Sequence record: OP991903.1
Strand: one strand, 5' to 3'
Length of the DNA: 64,000 nt
The notes beneath the pieces were generated by a model. It worked only from the letters and a program-made list of their open reading frames with translations. It was not told the origin of the DNA and searched no databases. The position numbers were made by a program, and so were the translations under genes. Shown here piece after piece: positions 8,937-17,073 of this stretch; positions within the stretch are counted from its first letter, which is position 1; the number at the start of each line of letters is the position of its first letter.

Positions 8937-9354
8937 TAAAGAGTGCATCATGATAACGGTGAACTGTGTTGGAGCGATGGGGGCGGGGATTGCGAAGGAT
9001 TGCCGTGATAACTACCCCGAGCTTTACGAGAAGTACCGTAAGTGGTGCCGTGCCGGGATGTTCAAGATTGGGATGTTGTACAGTGAGCGGATGTCTGACG
9101 GAAAAATCATCCTGTTGTTCCCCACTAAAGTAGACTGGAAAGCCCCGTCTAAGATGGAGTGGGTTGAACAGGGACTGATTAAGCTCAGAGACACGTATGA
9201 CCAGCGTGGGCTCTTCGACATCGCGATGACGATGCCCGGGTGTGGAAATGGGTGGTTAAAGCATTGGGAGGTTTACCCGATGATACAGCGCATTCTAGGC
9301 CCTACTGACTTAGAGATTGATGTCCACCACCCCTACGAGGTGGATGGGGAATAA
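8890..9354 (+). CDS. macrodomain (Appr-1''-p / DarG-type ADP-ribosyl hydrolase) protein
   Basis: TVNCVGAMGAGIA, LLFPTKVDWK, MPGCGNG are DarG-class macrodomain motifs; AAGGAG RBS, GTG start. Confidence 0.88.
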   Translation: MAIIRKLKNQNIWDTDKECIMITVNCVGAMGAGIAKDCRDNYPELYEKYRKWCRAGMFKIGMLYSERMSDGKIILLFPTKVDWKAPSKMEWVEQGLIKLRDTYDQRGLFDIAMTMPGCGNGWLKHWEVYPMIQRILGPTDLEIDVHHPYEVDGE

Positions 9355-9386
9355 AAGAGGGGCTTTCGCCCCTCTTTCTTTTTTTT
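9354..9386. terminator. bidirectional terminator
   Basis: AAAGAGGGGC-TTTC-GCCCCTCTTT + T-tract between convergent genes; stem identical to 884-907. Confidence 0.9.
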
Positions 9387-9392
9387 GTTTCG

Positions 9393-10034
9393 TTACAGTT
9401 TAACGACCCGTAGAGACTTCAAGTATCCCGTGAAACGGTTAACCAGTCCGTGAGACGTCCCCAGCATCAGGTACGAATCACCCCCAGTACGGAATCTGGC
9501 AGCGACGGCCTGGTTACTGTTTTGATTGTTGGAAACGGTAATGTTTGCGCTGTCCTCTTTTACCGTTAGCTTCAACATCTGGTTATTGGCACTACCATAA
9601 CCGTAAGTGCGTTGATACGCGCCCGCGTCAGTGGTCTGGAAGACCTGGATGGGTTGGCTGAGTTGGTTGTGCAGTAACTCCAGCCCTTTCTTGATGTTGT
9701 TGGCAGCCGGGTAGTCACCCGTAGCGAACGTGCACATGAACCCACTGCCAACCAACGCTAACTCTATTGTCAGCTCGTAGTTACTGCCCGCCAAATCCAA
9801 CACCGGTGACAGGTTCTGAAAATACGCGTACCCATCGAAGTAGTAACACTTCCCATACGTGGGGTCGTTCACTACCCCGTCCCCATTCGCACCACCTGTC
9901 ACCACGCCCCGGGTCAGCGGAATCCCCAACGGACCCGAATCAATGATGGTCTTGTCGCCTACTGTCGCGTTAACAAAGTTGATGTCGAGTAGAATCTTCC
10001 CGGATTTCCTTCCCATCAAGTTACTTTCAAACAT
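9393..10034 (-). CDS. putative virion (tail-associated) protein, LamG/concanavalin-like; paralog of next gene
   Basis: N-tag MFESNLMGRKSGK; shares GDGVVNDPTYGKCY.F.G..YF, F.TGDY and FTG..KSL with 10052..10684; beta-rich. Confidence 0.6.
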   Translation of the reverse strand: MFESNLMGRKSGKILLDINFVNATVGDKTIIDSGPLGIPLTRGVVTGGANGDGVVNDPTYGKCYYFDGYAYFQNLSPVLDLAGSNYELTIELALVGSGFMCTFATGDYPAANNIKKGLELLHNQLSQPIQVFQTTDAGAYQRTYGYGSANNQMLKLTVKEDSANITVSNNQNSNQAVAARFRTGGDSYLMLGTSHGLVNRFTGYLKSLRVVKL

Positions 10035-10051
10035 GACTACCTCACTTTACC

Positions 10052-10684
10052 CTAGAGGAGTTCAATCTTTAAGGACTTCATTAACCCCGTGAAGCAGTAA
10101 GCCGGGTTCTGCGCCACGCCGATACGGAAGAAGGTTTCTCCCAGGGTGTTGAAATCAGGGTAGGAGTTCTTCTGCCCCGTCCGCGGACTCTCAATCGTTA
10201 CACCGGTTGACCGCCGAGTAATGATGATGGTCTCCATCACCGTCGGACGCGTACCGTTTAAGAGCACCCGCTGGTATTGACCATTGCACATGAAGTACTG
10301 TACCCACTGACTGGCGTAGTTGTTGATGCTCAACGACGAGCCTATATTGGCGGTAGGGTTATAATCCCCTGTCCCAAAGACGGCCTCGGCCTTGGCGGCC
10401 AAACTTTGAAAGACCAGTGTGATACGGTACTCTTTGTTCCAGATACCCGGTCTTCCCGTGGGGTCCTCGAAATACGTTATACCGTTAAACCGATAACACT
10501 TCCCGTAGGTTGGGTCATCGACAACACCGTCGGTTCCGTTAACAGTCCCGCTTCCTTGTTTCCGTCCAAAGGTAAAATTTCCCGATTTGCTAGTGAGGAC
10601 CTGACTGCCTACTACGGCGTCCTCAAAGTCAATGTCGACAACAACCTTAGAGCGTTTTTGTCCACCTAATAAATTCGCTTCCAT
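10052..10684 (-). CDS. putative virion (tail-associated) protein, LamG/concanavalin-like paralog
   Basis: Likely start MEANLLGGQKRSK (ATG 10684, GGGG RBS); DGVVDDPTYGKCYRFNGITYF. Confidence 0.6.
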   Translation of the reverse strand: MEANLLGGQKRSKVVVDIDFEDAVVGSQVLTSKSGNFTFGRKQGSGTVNGTDGVVDDPTYGKCYRFNGITYFEDPTGRPGIWNKEYRITLVFQSLAAKAEAVFGTGDYNPTANIGSSLSINNYASQWVQYFMCNGQYQRVLLNGTRPTVMETIIITRRSTGVTIESPRTGQKNSYPDFNTLGETFFRIGVAQNPAYCFTGLMKSLKIELL

Positions 10685-10740
10685 TATAAAGACCCCATCA
10701 CTTGAATCACCCAGTGCTATAGGAAGACGCATAAAAGCAC

Positions 10741-10766
10741 CCCACCGTAGCGTTGGCTACGGTGGG
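10741..10766 (-). terminator. terminator hairpin followed by TTTTATGC
   Basis: CCCACCGTAGC-GTTG-GCTACGGTGGG (plus strand) just after the stop at 10772. Confidence 0.75.
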
Positions 10767-10771
10767 AGCAC

Positions 10772-11248
10772 TTATTTATTTCCTTCTAACTTACGCAACT
10801 CATCAGCCAGTTGCGCCGCAGCAGCGTCTTGCTTGTTTTCCGCAGCAGACGCTTTGATGGCATCCCGGATTAACATCTGAGCCGTGTCATTTGGTAACAG
10901 AAGGAACTCGGAGTAGTTATACCCGTACAGGTCCTTCATGCGGTAGACACGGAACTTTTCCACTAACGCCTCGTACATGCCTCGGTTAGCCGCCATCTCC
11001 GTCTTATGCATCTCCATGGGAGCGTACGGATGTTTGGCGGCGTATTCCGGGGTGTAGATGCGGTGGTCCAGGTCGTATGCCCGTCGCAGCGCTAACTTGG
11101 CCTGAAACTCCGTTAAGCTACCGGCAGACTCGAGGACGCCATAGACGCGTTCGCCGAGACCTGTTGTACAAAATTCCGGATGCCTAACGTCGAAAGGTCG
11201 GTCAGCGGCTGAATCCCCGCGTGAACCATCTTGCGTTGCGCAAGGGTA
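10772..11248 (-). CDS. -1 frameshift C-terminal extension of the assembly-chaperone gene (gpGT-like)
   Basis: Frame is open from 11290 to TAA 10772 with no ATG/GTG/TTG between the slippery site and ATG 11017; C-terminus YGYNYSEFLLLP resembles gpT/GpE-like chaperone tails. Confidence 0.75.
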   Translation of the reverse strand, partial: YPCATQDGSRGDSAADRPFDVRHPEFCTTGLGERVYGVLESAGSLTEFQAKLALRRAYDLDHRIYTPEYAAKHPYAPMEMHKTEMAANRGMYEALVEKFRVYRMKDLYGYNYSEFLLLPNDTAQMLIRDAIKASAAENKQDAAAAQLADELRKLEGNK

Positions 11249-12936
11249 AAAAAACCCAGTGCAGCATTGAACGGCAGAATCAGTCGTGCTTCACCTCCAC
11301 GGTTCAGGTGGAGTTTACCACACGCCGAGCACGGCACGTTGATGGAGGCGATGAGGGAAACCATGCTGTTCTGGATATAGTTATCCACCGCACGCAACAG
11401 TTCGTTCACGGTAGCCGGTTCTGCGGACAGCAGTTTCAGGATATCGCGAATCTCATCTTCCCCGTCGATGGTGTCAGGGGAGTCTTCATCTTCCGGGTTC
11501 GGGATTTCGATGTTACGGATGTAGTGACCGTAACGACAGAGTTGCTCTGAACTAATCAGGCTGTTGATTAGCGCAGCACGCTTCTGGTCATTCCCTTCCA
11601 GGTCTTCGCCCATGGCTTCAACCAGCGCACGGTTCACGGAGTTAATCCATTGACGACCGTTTGCGAAGTATTCCGCCAGCGTAGAAACGAAGAAGTTGAA
11701 GCGACGACTCTTGTACTCGAAGTACTCGTTCTCGTGCGTCAGGAAGTCAGCCTGGTATTTCTCCAGGTCTTCATCCGTTACACGACCCGTACCAGCGCGG
11801 TCCATGTGGGTACGTTGTGCCGTGGTGAGACGACCTTCATCCACCCAGGACATACGTAGCAGAGAAGCAAAGACGCGGTCAGTGTGACGACATTCACCGT
11901 CAGTACACGGAATCGCAATGTCTGTACCGTCCGGCCACGCCGCCACAGCCATCCCCCAGATTAACTGGTCTTTGTCGTGGGCACTGATGACTTCTTTCAG
12001 TTCCAGCGGCGAAGAGGCAATCGGGTAACTGGTAGACGTTACCAGACGCAGTGCAGCATCAACCAGGATTTCTTCGAACAGCAACGCTTCGTTGGAGTTC
12101 AACATCCCAGACGTGTCCATGCCGAGCTCAGGACGGGCAAACGCCAGTGCACGGTCAATCTCGGCCAGGTAACCGATAGACGGCGTACGCATGGTCACCC
12201 AGATACCGGTGCGCCACAGAGGAACCTGAACCGGGTGACCGATACCTGTACCGGTAACGAACGCTTCGGTTGCACGACTACCCACCAACGCCTGACCGTT
12301 CTTCTGACCTTCAGGACGTTTGAACAGGGTCTTACGCAGACGGAGTTCGCGCCCTTTCTTCCCGGTGGCGATTTCGTTCACCCAGTGCGCTTGGTCACGC
12401 ACCACAGCTTCAGTCAGGCCTTTACCGGAGAGAGACGAGTCGATAGCATCACGCATGGCCAGGAACCAGTTGTAATCATCCAGACCCGCCATGTCCCCCA
12501 TGCTCTCACCGCGGAGGTAGTAATCCTCCAGGGTGGTGCGCAGCAGAGACAAGTTCGCCGAGAAGTTGGCCTTATTCGACGCATCCTTTAATGGCGAACG
12601 AGAAAGGTCAACTTTCCCTTCCACTTTGTCGTCATCAAAGAAGAACCCTACTTCGCTCACTTCCTGGGCCTGTTCTACCGGGGCGTCATCGTCAGCCTCG
12701 GTGCTGTCGTTCGGTAGGTCAGTGGCAGTTACCGCTGCTTCCGCCGTCGCCTCAGGAACGGGTTGAATATCAGTAGCAGGGTCAACTTGCTGGGGAGCAG
12801 GTTCGGCAACCACCGGAGCAATCTCCGGCTGCTGACTGACGACTTCGACAACCGCATCATCGTCTTGAAATGCGGTATCGGGTAACGGACGCAGACCCGC
12901 CGGGAGTGGCGGGGTATCTTCAGGCAGGTTGGACAT
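11113..12936 (-). CDS. putative tail/baseplate-hub assembly chaperone (T4 gp26 / gpG-like; phiKZ gp77-like)
   Basis: 607 aa; P/A/D/E-rich disordered N-terminus, CxxxxC (CTDGEC) and CxxC (CSAC) motifs; carries the frameshift signal. Confidence 0.6.
   Translation of the reverse strand: MSNLPEDTPPLPAGLRPLPDTAFQDDDAVVEVVSQQPEIAPVVAEPAPQQVDPATDIQPVPEATAEAAVTATDLPNDSTEADDDAPVEQAQEVSEVGFFFDDDKVEGKVDLSRSPLKDASNKANFSANLSLLRTTLEDYYLRGESMGDMAGLDDYNWFLAMRDAIDSSLSGKGLTEAVVRDQAHWVNEIATGKKGRELRLRKTLFKRPEGQKNGQALVGSRATEAFVTGTGIGHPVQVPLWRTGIWVTMRTPSIGYLAEIDRALAFARPELGMDTSGMLNSNEALLFEEILVDAALRLVTSTSYPIASSPLELKEVISAHDKDQLIWGMAVAAWPDGTDIAIPCTDGECRHTDRVFASLLRMSWVDEGRLTTAQRTHMDRAGTGRVTDEDLEKYQADFLTHENEYFEYKSRRFNFFVSTLAEYFANGRQWINSVNRALVEAMGEDLEGNDQKRAALINSLISSEQLCRYGHYIRNIEIPNPEDEDSPDTIDGEDEIRDILKLLSAEPATVNELLRAVDNYIQNSMVSLIASINVPCSACGKLHLNRGGEARLILPFNAALGFFTLAQRKMVHAGIQPLTDLSTLGIRNFVQQVSANASMASSSLPVA
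11230..11257 (-). promoter_or_regulatory. -1 programmed ribosomal frameshift signal
   Basis: Minus strand CTG GGT TTT TTT ACC CTTGCG-CAA-CGCAAG: in-frame XXXYYYZ heptamer, 6-nt spacer, 6-bp hairpin. Confidence 0.75.
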
Positions 12937-13450
12937 CAGTTTCTTCCTTTTGCTTTTCCAGCACTTCGCTCACGCCGTCTTCACGTGGTGCGTAAGTGTC
13001 AACGAGAATGGCCAGTTGGGAAATGGCTTCACCAGTACCCGTAATCAGAGTGGACAGGTAATTTTCTGCCATGTTCAGAATCGGGACGAACTCCAGGTCG
13101 TCTGCGTGCGCACGCGCAGCAATCTTGTCCGCTTCTTTTTCCAGCGCAGAGACACGCAGTGGGAAGGCGACGTATTCCACTTCCACACCCTGTGCATCAA
13201 TGGCTTTACCCGGAGCCAGCACTTCAATAATCGCCCGCAGGTGCGCTTGCGATTCAATCTTGTGTTCCGGAGAGAACTGGTCTTCCATCACACCCACAAT
13301 CTTGGCGAGCTTTGCAGTCTCGAACAAGATGTCATCAATCTTCTGGCAGGTTTCTTTAACCAGCTTGTACCCCGGAAGTGTACGAACCGGACGGTAACCT
13401 TTTTGTTTTTTGACCTTTTTGGTTTTACGGTTGTTCTTTGAAACAGGCAT
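12920..13450 (-). CDS. hypothetical protein with basic N-terminus
   Basis: 176 aa, MPVSKNNRKTKKVKKQK; overlaps the start of the next gene by 17 nt. Confidence 0.75.
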   Translation of the reverse strand: MPVSKNNRKTKKVKKQKGYRPVRTLPGYKLVKETCQKIDDILFETAKLAKIVGVMEDQFSPEHKIESQAHLRAIIEVLAPGKAIDAQGVEVEYVAFPLRVSALEKEADKIAARAHADDLEFVPILNMAENYLSTLITGTGEAISQLAILVDTYAPREDGVSEVLEKQKEETDVQPA

Positions 13451-13547
13451 GGCGCACTTCCTTTTTGGATAAGTGGATGGGTGACGTAGAATTTAACATC
13501 TTAAGTCTGATATATGTGAAAAAATAACCGCCAAGCGGGAGATACCA

Positions 13548-14390
13548 ATGATTGACGACTATCTCGATTATATTTTCCGGGCACTCGGTCCGGAACAGGC
13601 GACCCTATATAAAGACGCCGCTAAGTTGATTCGTGAGATTGACCCCGTTACCACGGATATGTTACTCAATACATTAGCGTCAACGGTAGAAAATAATACT
13701 ACCGCGGACAACGTGAACGGGTTCTACAGCTGGTTGGTTAACAACCTGTGTGAACGTATCGAAGAGTTCGGAGTGTACCTGAATGATGACTTTGAATACT
13801 ACGGAGCCTTACCACTGCTGTATGCCATCTGCGATGCATTGTACAAACTCGAGCATCACGATAACCTGGAAGAGTTTCGCACCATTCTTAACGATGCCAT
13901 GGGACCTAAGCTCGCTATGGGCGAAATCGTCAACTCCATCTCATCCGACGTTGCCACAGAGAGCTTTTGTGAACTGGTGCAGGAAGTCTCCACGTCACTC
14001 ATTAAGCGAATCCGAGAACTTGTCGCCGACCGACGAGACTACCTGATGGAAGAAGACAGTACCGATGACCCGGCACACCGTGCCCGTGTGAAAGCCGGTA
14101 TGGCACTGTACGAAACCACCGGGATGGTCCGGTACTTCCAGCACGGCGGACAACTGGGGTTGACGTTTGACCATTACGTCGATTACTTCTACCGTGAAAT
14201 CACCACCCTGGATGCGCAGAAAGCCGCCAAGATGTTGAAGACCATCGGGTTATTTGCCAACCTGACCGGGGAAGCCTTTGAGACCAAAGCCGGGGAAACC
14301 CTGAACGTTATATTTGGCGACCCGAACAAAGCCATTCAGGTAGGTCGTGCGCTGCGGGCCTTACCGGAAGTAGGGGATAACCATGAATAA
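13548..14390 (+). CDS. conserved protein upstream of vRNAP beta'-C (phiKZ gp79-like)
   Basis: 280-aa ORF with GGGAG RBS, coupled to the next gene; TATG at 13513-13516 upstream. Confidence 0.7.
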   Translation: MIDDYLDYIFRALGPEQATLYKDAAKLIREIDPVTTDMLLNTLASTVENNTTADNVNGFYSWLVNNLCERIEEFGVYLNDDFEYYGALPLLYAICDALYKLEHHDNLEEFRTILNDAMGPKLAMGEIVNSISSDVATESFCELVQEVSTSLIKRIRELVADRRDYLMEEDSTDDPAHRARVKAGMALYETTGMVRYFQHGGQLGLTFDHYVDYFYREITTLDAQKAAKMLKTIGLFANLTGEAFETKAGETLNVIFGDPNKAIQVGRALRALPEVGDNHE

Positions 14391-15783
14391 GTTGGAATAC
14401 TTCCTGCGCGCCCTTAACGGGGGTGCGTACCTTTACAAGGAATGGATTATCGAGTGTTTCGGGATTGTGCGTCTGCTACCGAAGCCGGAAGGGGAGCTGG
14501 TTCGTTACAGTGCCTTACCGGTGGAAGAGAAGGAGATGCTCCCTTACCGCTTCACCGATGAACCCGACCGCTATGCGTTCGAGAAGTACCCGTACCAGCT
14601 CTTTAACGATAACGGGAAGGTTGTGTACGCTGACCCGGAAGAGAACGTCTGGGTAGAGCTGGAAGAGCTTACACCACGGATGCAGAAGCGTGAGAGTTTC
14701 TTCCGCTTCCTGGAACACATCTTCTTACCGAAGCGCGCCATCCCGAACGTTCTGGAACCGATAAAGCATACCTGTTACGGTAACCTCTTGCTGAACATGG
14801 TGGTCCTGGTGTATTCGTTCGGTGACCGTATCCCGTATCAGGAAGGGAAGTTCAGCCTGAAAAAGGTTGAGATGATTATCGCGGAGCTGACCCAATCCTT
14901 ACCGGAAGAAGGGAAGCCTCGTGACCCGAAAGCCATTTACGTGGACGAACTGGATGAGCGCTATTACCATGCGGCCTATTCCACCACGGGCTGGCTCCCG
15001 CTAGGCGTTCCGGCCGCAACCCCGTTCACCATCACCGTGTCCCCTGAGATTCGTAAGCTGCGTAAAGAGTTGCTCGAGAAATACATCGACGACTTACAAA
15101 ACCCGGCGACCATTGCGAAAATCATGAAGACGTTGATTGACGCGGACAAAGAGTTCCAGGCGAACGACCCCGACAAAGGGTTCTTGCAACCGGGTAAGAC
15201 CTTTGACGTCGTGCGTGCCAAGCAGTTCCTGATGCACGGTATCGAGTACGACTTCACAGACCGCTCTAAAATCACCGTCATTGAACGCTCGCTTTCTGAG
15301 CAGTGGGATATCACCAAACTCCCACAGATGGCTAACAGCCTGATTGACGGCTCGTACAACCGTGGTGCCATGACCGCCCTCGGTGGTGAACTGGCAAAAG
15401 TGTTCCAGCGCTTCTTCATGTCAACCGTTATCTCCATGGAAGACTGTAAGACCAAACTGGGACGCTTCCGTACACTGGACAACGACAACATCCAGTCGTA
15501 TCACGGCACGTACGCTCAGGGTCCGTCGAAAGACGTGCTCATTACCGTGGACAACGAGAAAGAGTTCATCGGTAAACGTGTGTTGTTGCGTAGCCCAATG
15601 TACTGTGCGGCGACTGAAGGTAACTTCTGCATCCACTGCATGGGCGAGAACTTCCGTAACCGTGAACAATCTCTCCCTGCGGTTGCCACGGAAATCGGTA
15701 ACCGTCTGATGTACATCATGATGTCACGTATGCACGGTGTGGCACTGAAGGTCGAGAAGATGGACTGGAAAGCCATGCGCTGA
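14383..15783 (+). CDS. virion RNA polymerase beta' subunit, C-terminal part (phiKZ gp80-like)
   Basis: GSYNRGAMTALGG bridge-helix-like, EDCKT, LRSPMYC, CIHCMG zinc ligands, MMSRMHG trigger-loop-like. Confidence 0.85.
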   Translation: MNKLEYFLRALNGGAYLYKEWIIECFGIVRLLPKPEGELVRYSALPVEEKEMLPYRFTDEPDRYAFEKYPYQLFNDNGKVVYADPEENVWVELEELTPRMQKRESFFRFLEHIFLPKRAIPNVLEPIKHTCYGNLLLNMVVLVYSFGDRIPYQEGKFSLKKVEMIIAELTQSLPEEGKPRDPKAIYVDELDERYYHAAYSTTGWLPLGVPAATPFTITVSPEIRKLRKELLEKYIDDLQNPATIAKIMKTLIDADKEFQANDPDKGFLQPGKTFDVVRAKQFLMHGIEYDFTDRSKITVIERSLSEQWDITKLPQMANSLIDGSYNRGAMTALGGELAKVFQRFFMSTVISMEDCKTKLGRFRTLDNDNIQSYHGTYAQGPSKDVLITVDNEKEFIGKRVLLRSPMYCAATEGNFCIHCMGENFRNREQSLPAVATEIGNRLMYIMMSRMHGVALKVEKMDWKAMR

Positions 15784-15832
15784 CCCCAACCTTGTTATGT
15801 ACCACTCCCATTAATTTGAAAGGATAGTTTCC

Positions 15833-16495
15833 ATGTCAAAGAACAATGCCGATAAGGTGCAGGACCTCCTGCGCACCTCCAGCGACCTATCTAACCAGGT
15901 GGCGGAAACCCAACAGCAGCAAGACGGCGAACAAACCGTCCATGACACTCAGGTAGCAGCCGAAGTGGCGGTTGAAACCACAGAGGCGTCTGTTGGCGCA
16001 GCGGTTGAAACTCAGCGTCCGGTTGCCGATGCAAACTCTGCGTTCACCCAGTACGACGAAGTCTCTGGTCTGGCGAAGTCTCTGGTTCTTCAGTGGGATA
16101 AGTACGTCAAAGACGCCAACCCTGCGAACCGCCAAACCGTGAGCTCACTGAAATCGTTGCAAGAATCCCTGGTTAATCTGGTGCTCACCACCTTTAACCT
16201 GGAAAGCGACGAAGACTTCGTGGTGGTAATGGGTCGTCTGATGGGTCTGGTTCGTGAGAACCCGAATCGCGTGTTTGGTGCCGAAGCCATCTTCCGTGGT
16301 TTCTCTCACCTGAACCTGTCCGACAAACGTATCAATGCGATTCGTTTCGCCATCGACTGCGTGCTGACCTTCGCTGACCCGAAAGGGCGCAAGAACGCAT
16401 TGCAGTACTACAACCTGCAACAGTCTGCCAGCGTCTGCCGCACCACTGCGGCCCGCGAGCGTCTGATTGGTTACATTACCCGCATCAGCGAGTAA
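15833..16495 (+). CDS. conserved hypothetical protein
   Basis: 220 aa, AAGGA RBS, strong codon bias, TATG at 15796-15799 upstream. Confidence 0.75.
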   Translation: MSKNNADKVQDLLRTSSDLSNQVAETQQQQDGEQTVHDTQVAAEVAVETTEASVGAAVETQRPVADANSAFTQYDEVSGLAKSLVLQWDKYVKDANPANRQTVSSLKSLQESLVNLVLTTFNLESDEDFVVVMGRLMGLVRENPNRVFGAEAIFRGFSHLNLSDKRINAIRFAIDCVLTFADPKGRKNALQYYNLQQSASVCRTTAARERLIGYITRISE

Positions 16496-16506
16496 GCGCA
16501 TACAGG

Positions 16507-16533
16507 CCCTGCTTCCCTTTTGGGGAAGCAGGG
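16507..16533. terminator. hairpin between convergent genes
   Basis: CCCTGCTTCCC-TTTTG-GGGAAGCAGGG. Confidence 0.75.
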
Positions 16534-16539
16534 TACCTG

Positions 16540-17067
16540 TTATTTATTTTTGCGTACCAACGCCTGGTAGTACGGACGCATCCCGAATTTGCTGTACAAA
16601 CGCATGGCTCCTTCGTTCTGCACGTAGACCCCGAGTGTGATGTGGTCTACCTTTTCTTCTTCGGCAATGGTCATCACCTTGTTTAACAGGTGAGTACCGT
16701 AACCTTTCCCGCGTTGCTCTTCACCAACCACCAGGTAACGGATGACCAACTCTTTCGTCCGTGTCCCTTCCTCTTCCACCTTCACCTGTGCCAACCCAAG
16801 AGCACCCGACAAGTCATGAATGACCAGCAGGATGTTCCCCTGGTCTAACTCGTCGAAGAGTTCTCCTTCACTGAACTGGTAGCTTTCACCGGACACGCCA
16901 AAGGCCTGCTCGTGGAACGCTGACATCTCGTAGTCCAGCTGTTGGTACAGTTTCATAATGGGTTGGAGGTAGTGGCGCAGTACCGGGTCCGAGCGTTCAC
17001 GAATGGTCTGAATCACCACGTCCCCGTTACTCTGCTGTAAAGCGCGTTGGATTAACGACCCCATCAC
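16540..17067 (-). CDS. GNAT-family N-acetyltransferase
   Basis: Motif A LVVGEEQRGKGYGTHLL; motif B LGVYVQNEGAMRLYSKFGM. Confidence 0.88.
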   Translation of the reverse strand: MMGSLIQRALQQSNGDVVIQTIRERSDPVLRHYLQPIMKLYQQLDYEMSAFHEQAFGVSGESYQFSEGELFDELDQGNILLVIHDLSGALGLAQVKVEEEGTRTKELVIRYLVVGEEQRGKGYGTHLLNKVMTIAEEEKVDHITLGVYVQNEGAMRLYSKFGMRPYYQALVRKNK

Positions 17068-17073
17068 GACTCC

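Noticed and set aside
10772-11017. Stand-alone 81-aa ORF in the ORF track
   Set aside because: Better explained as the distal part of the -1 frameshift product; the frame is open far upstream and the ATG has no clear RBS. Independent initiation is not excluded.
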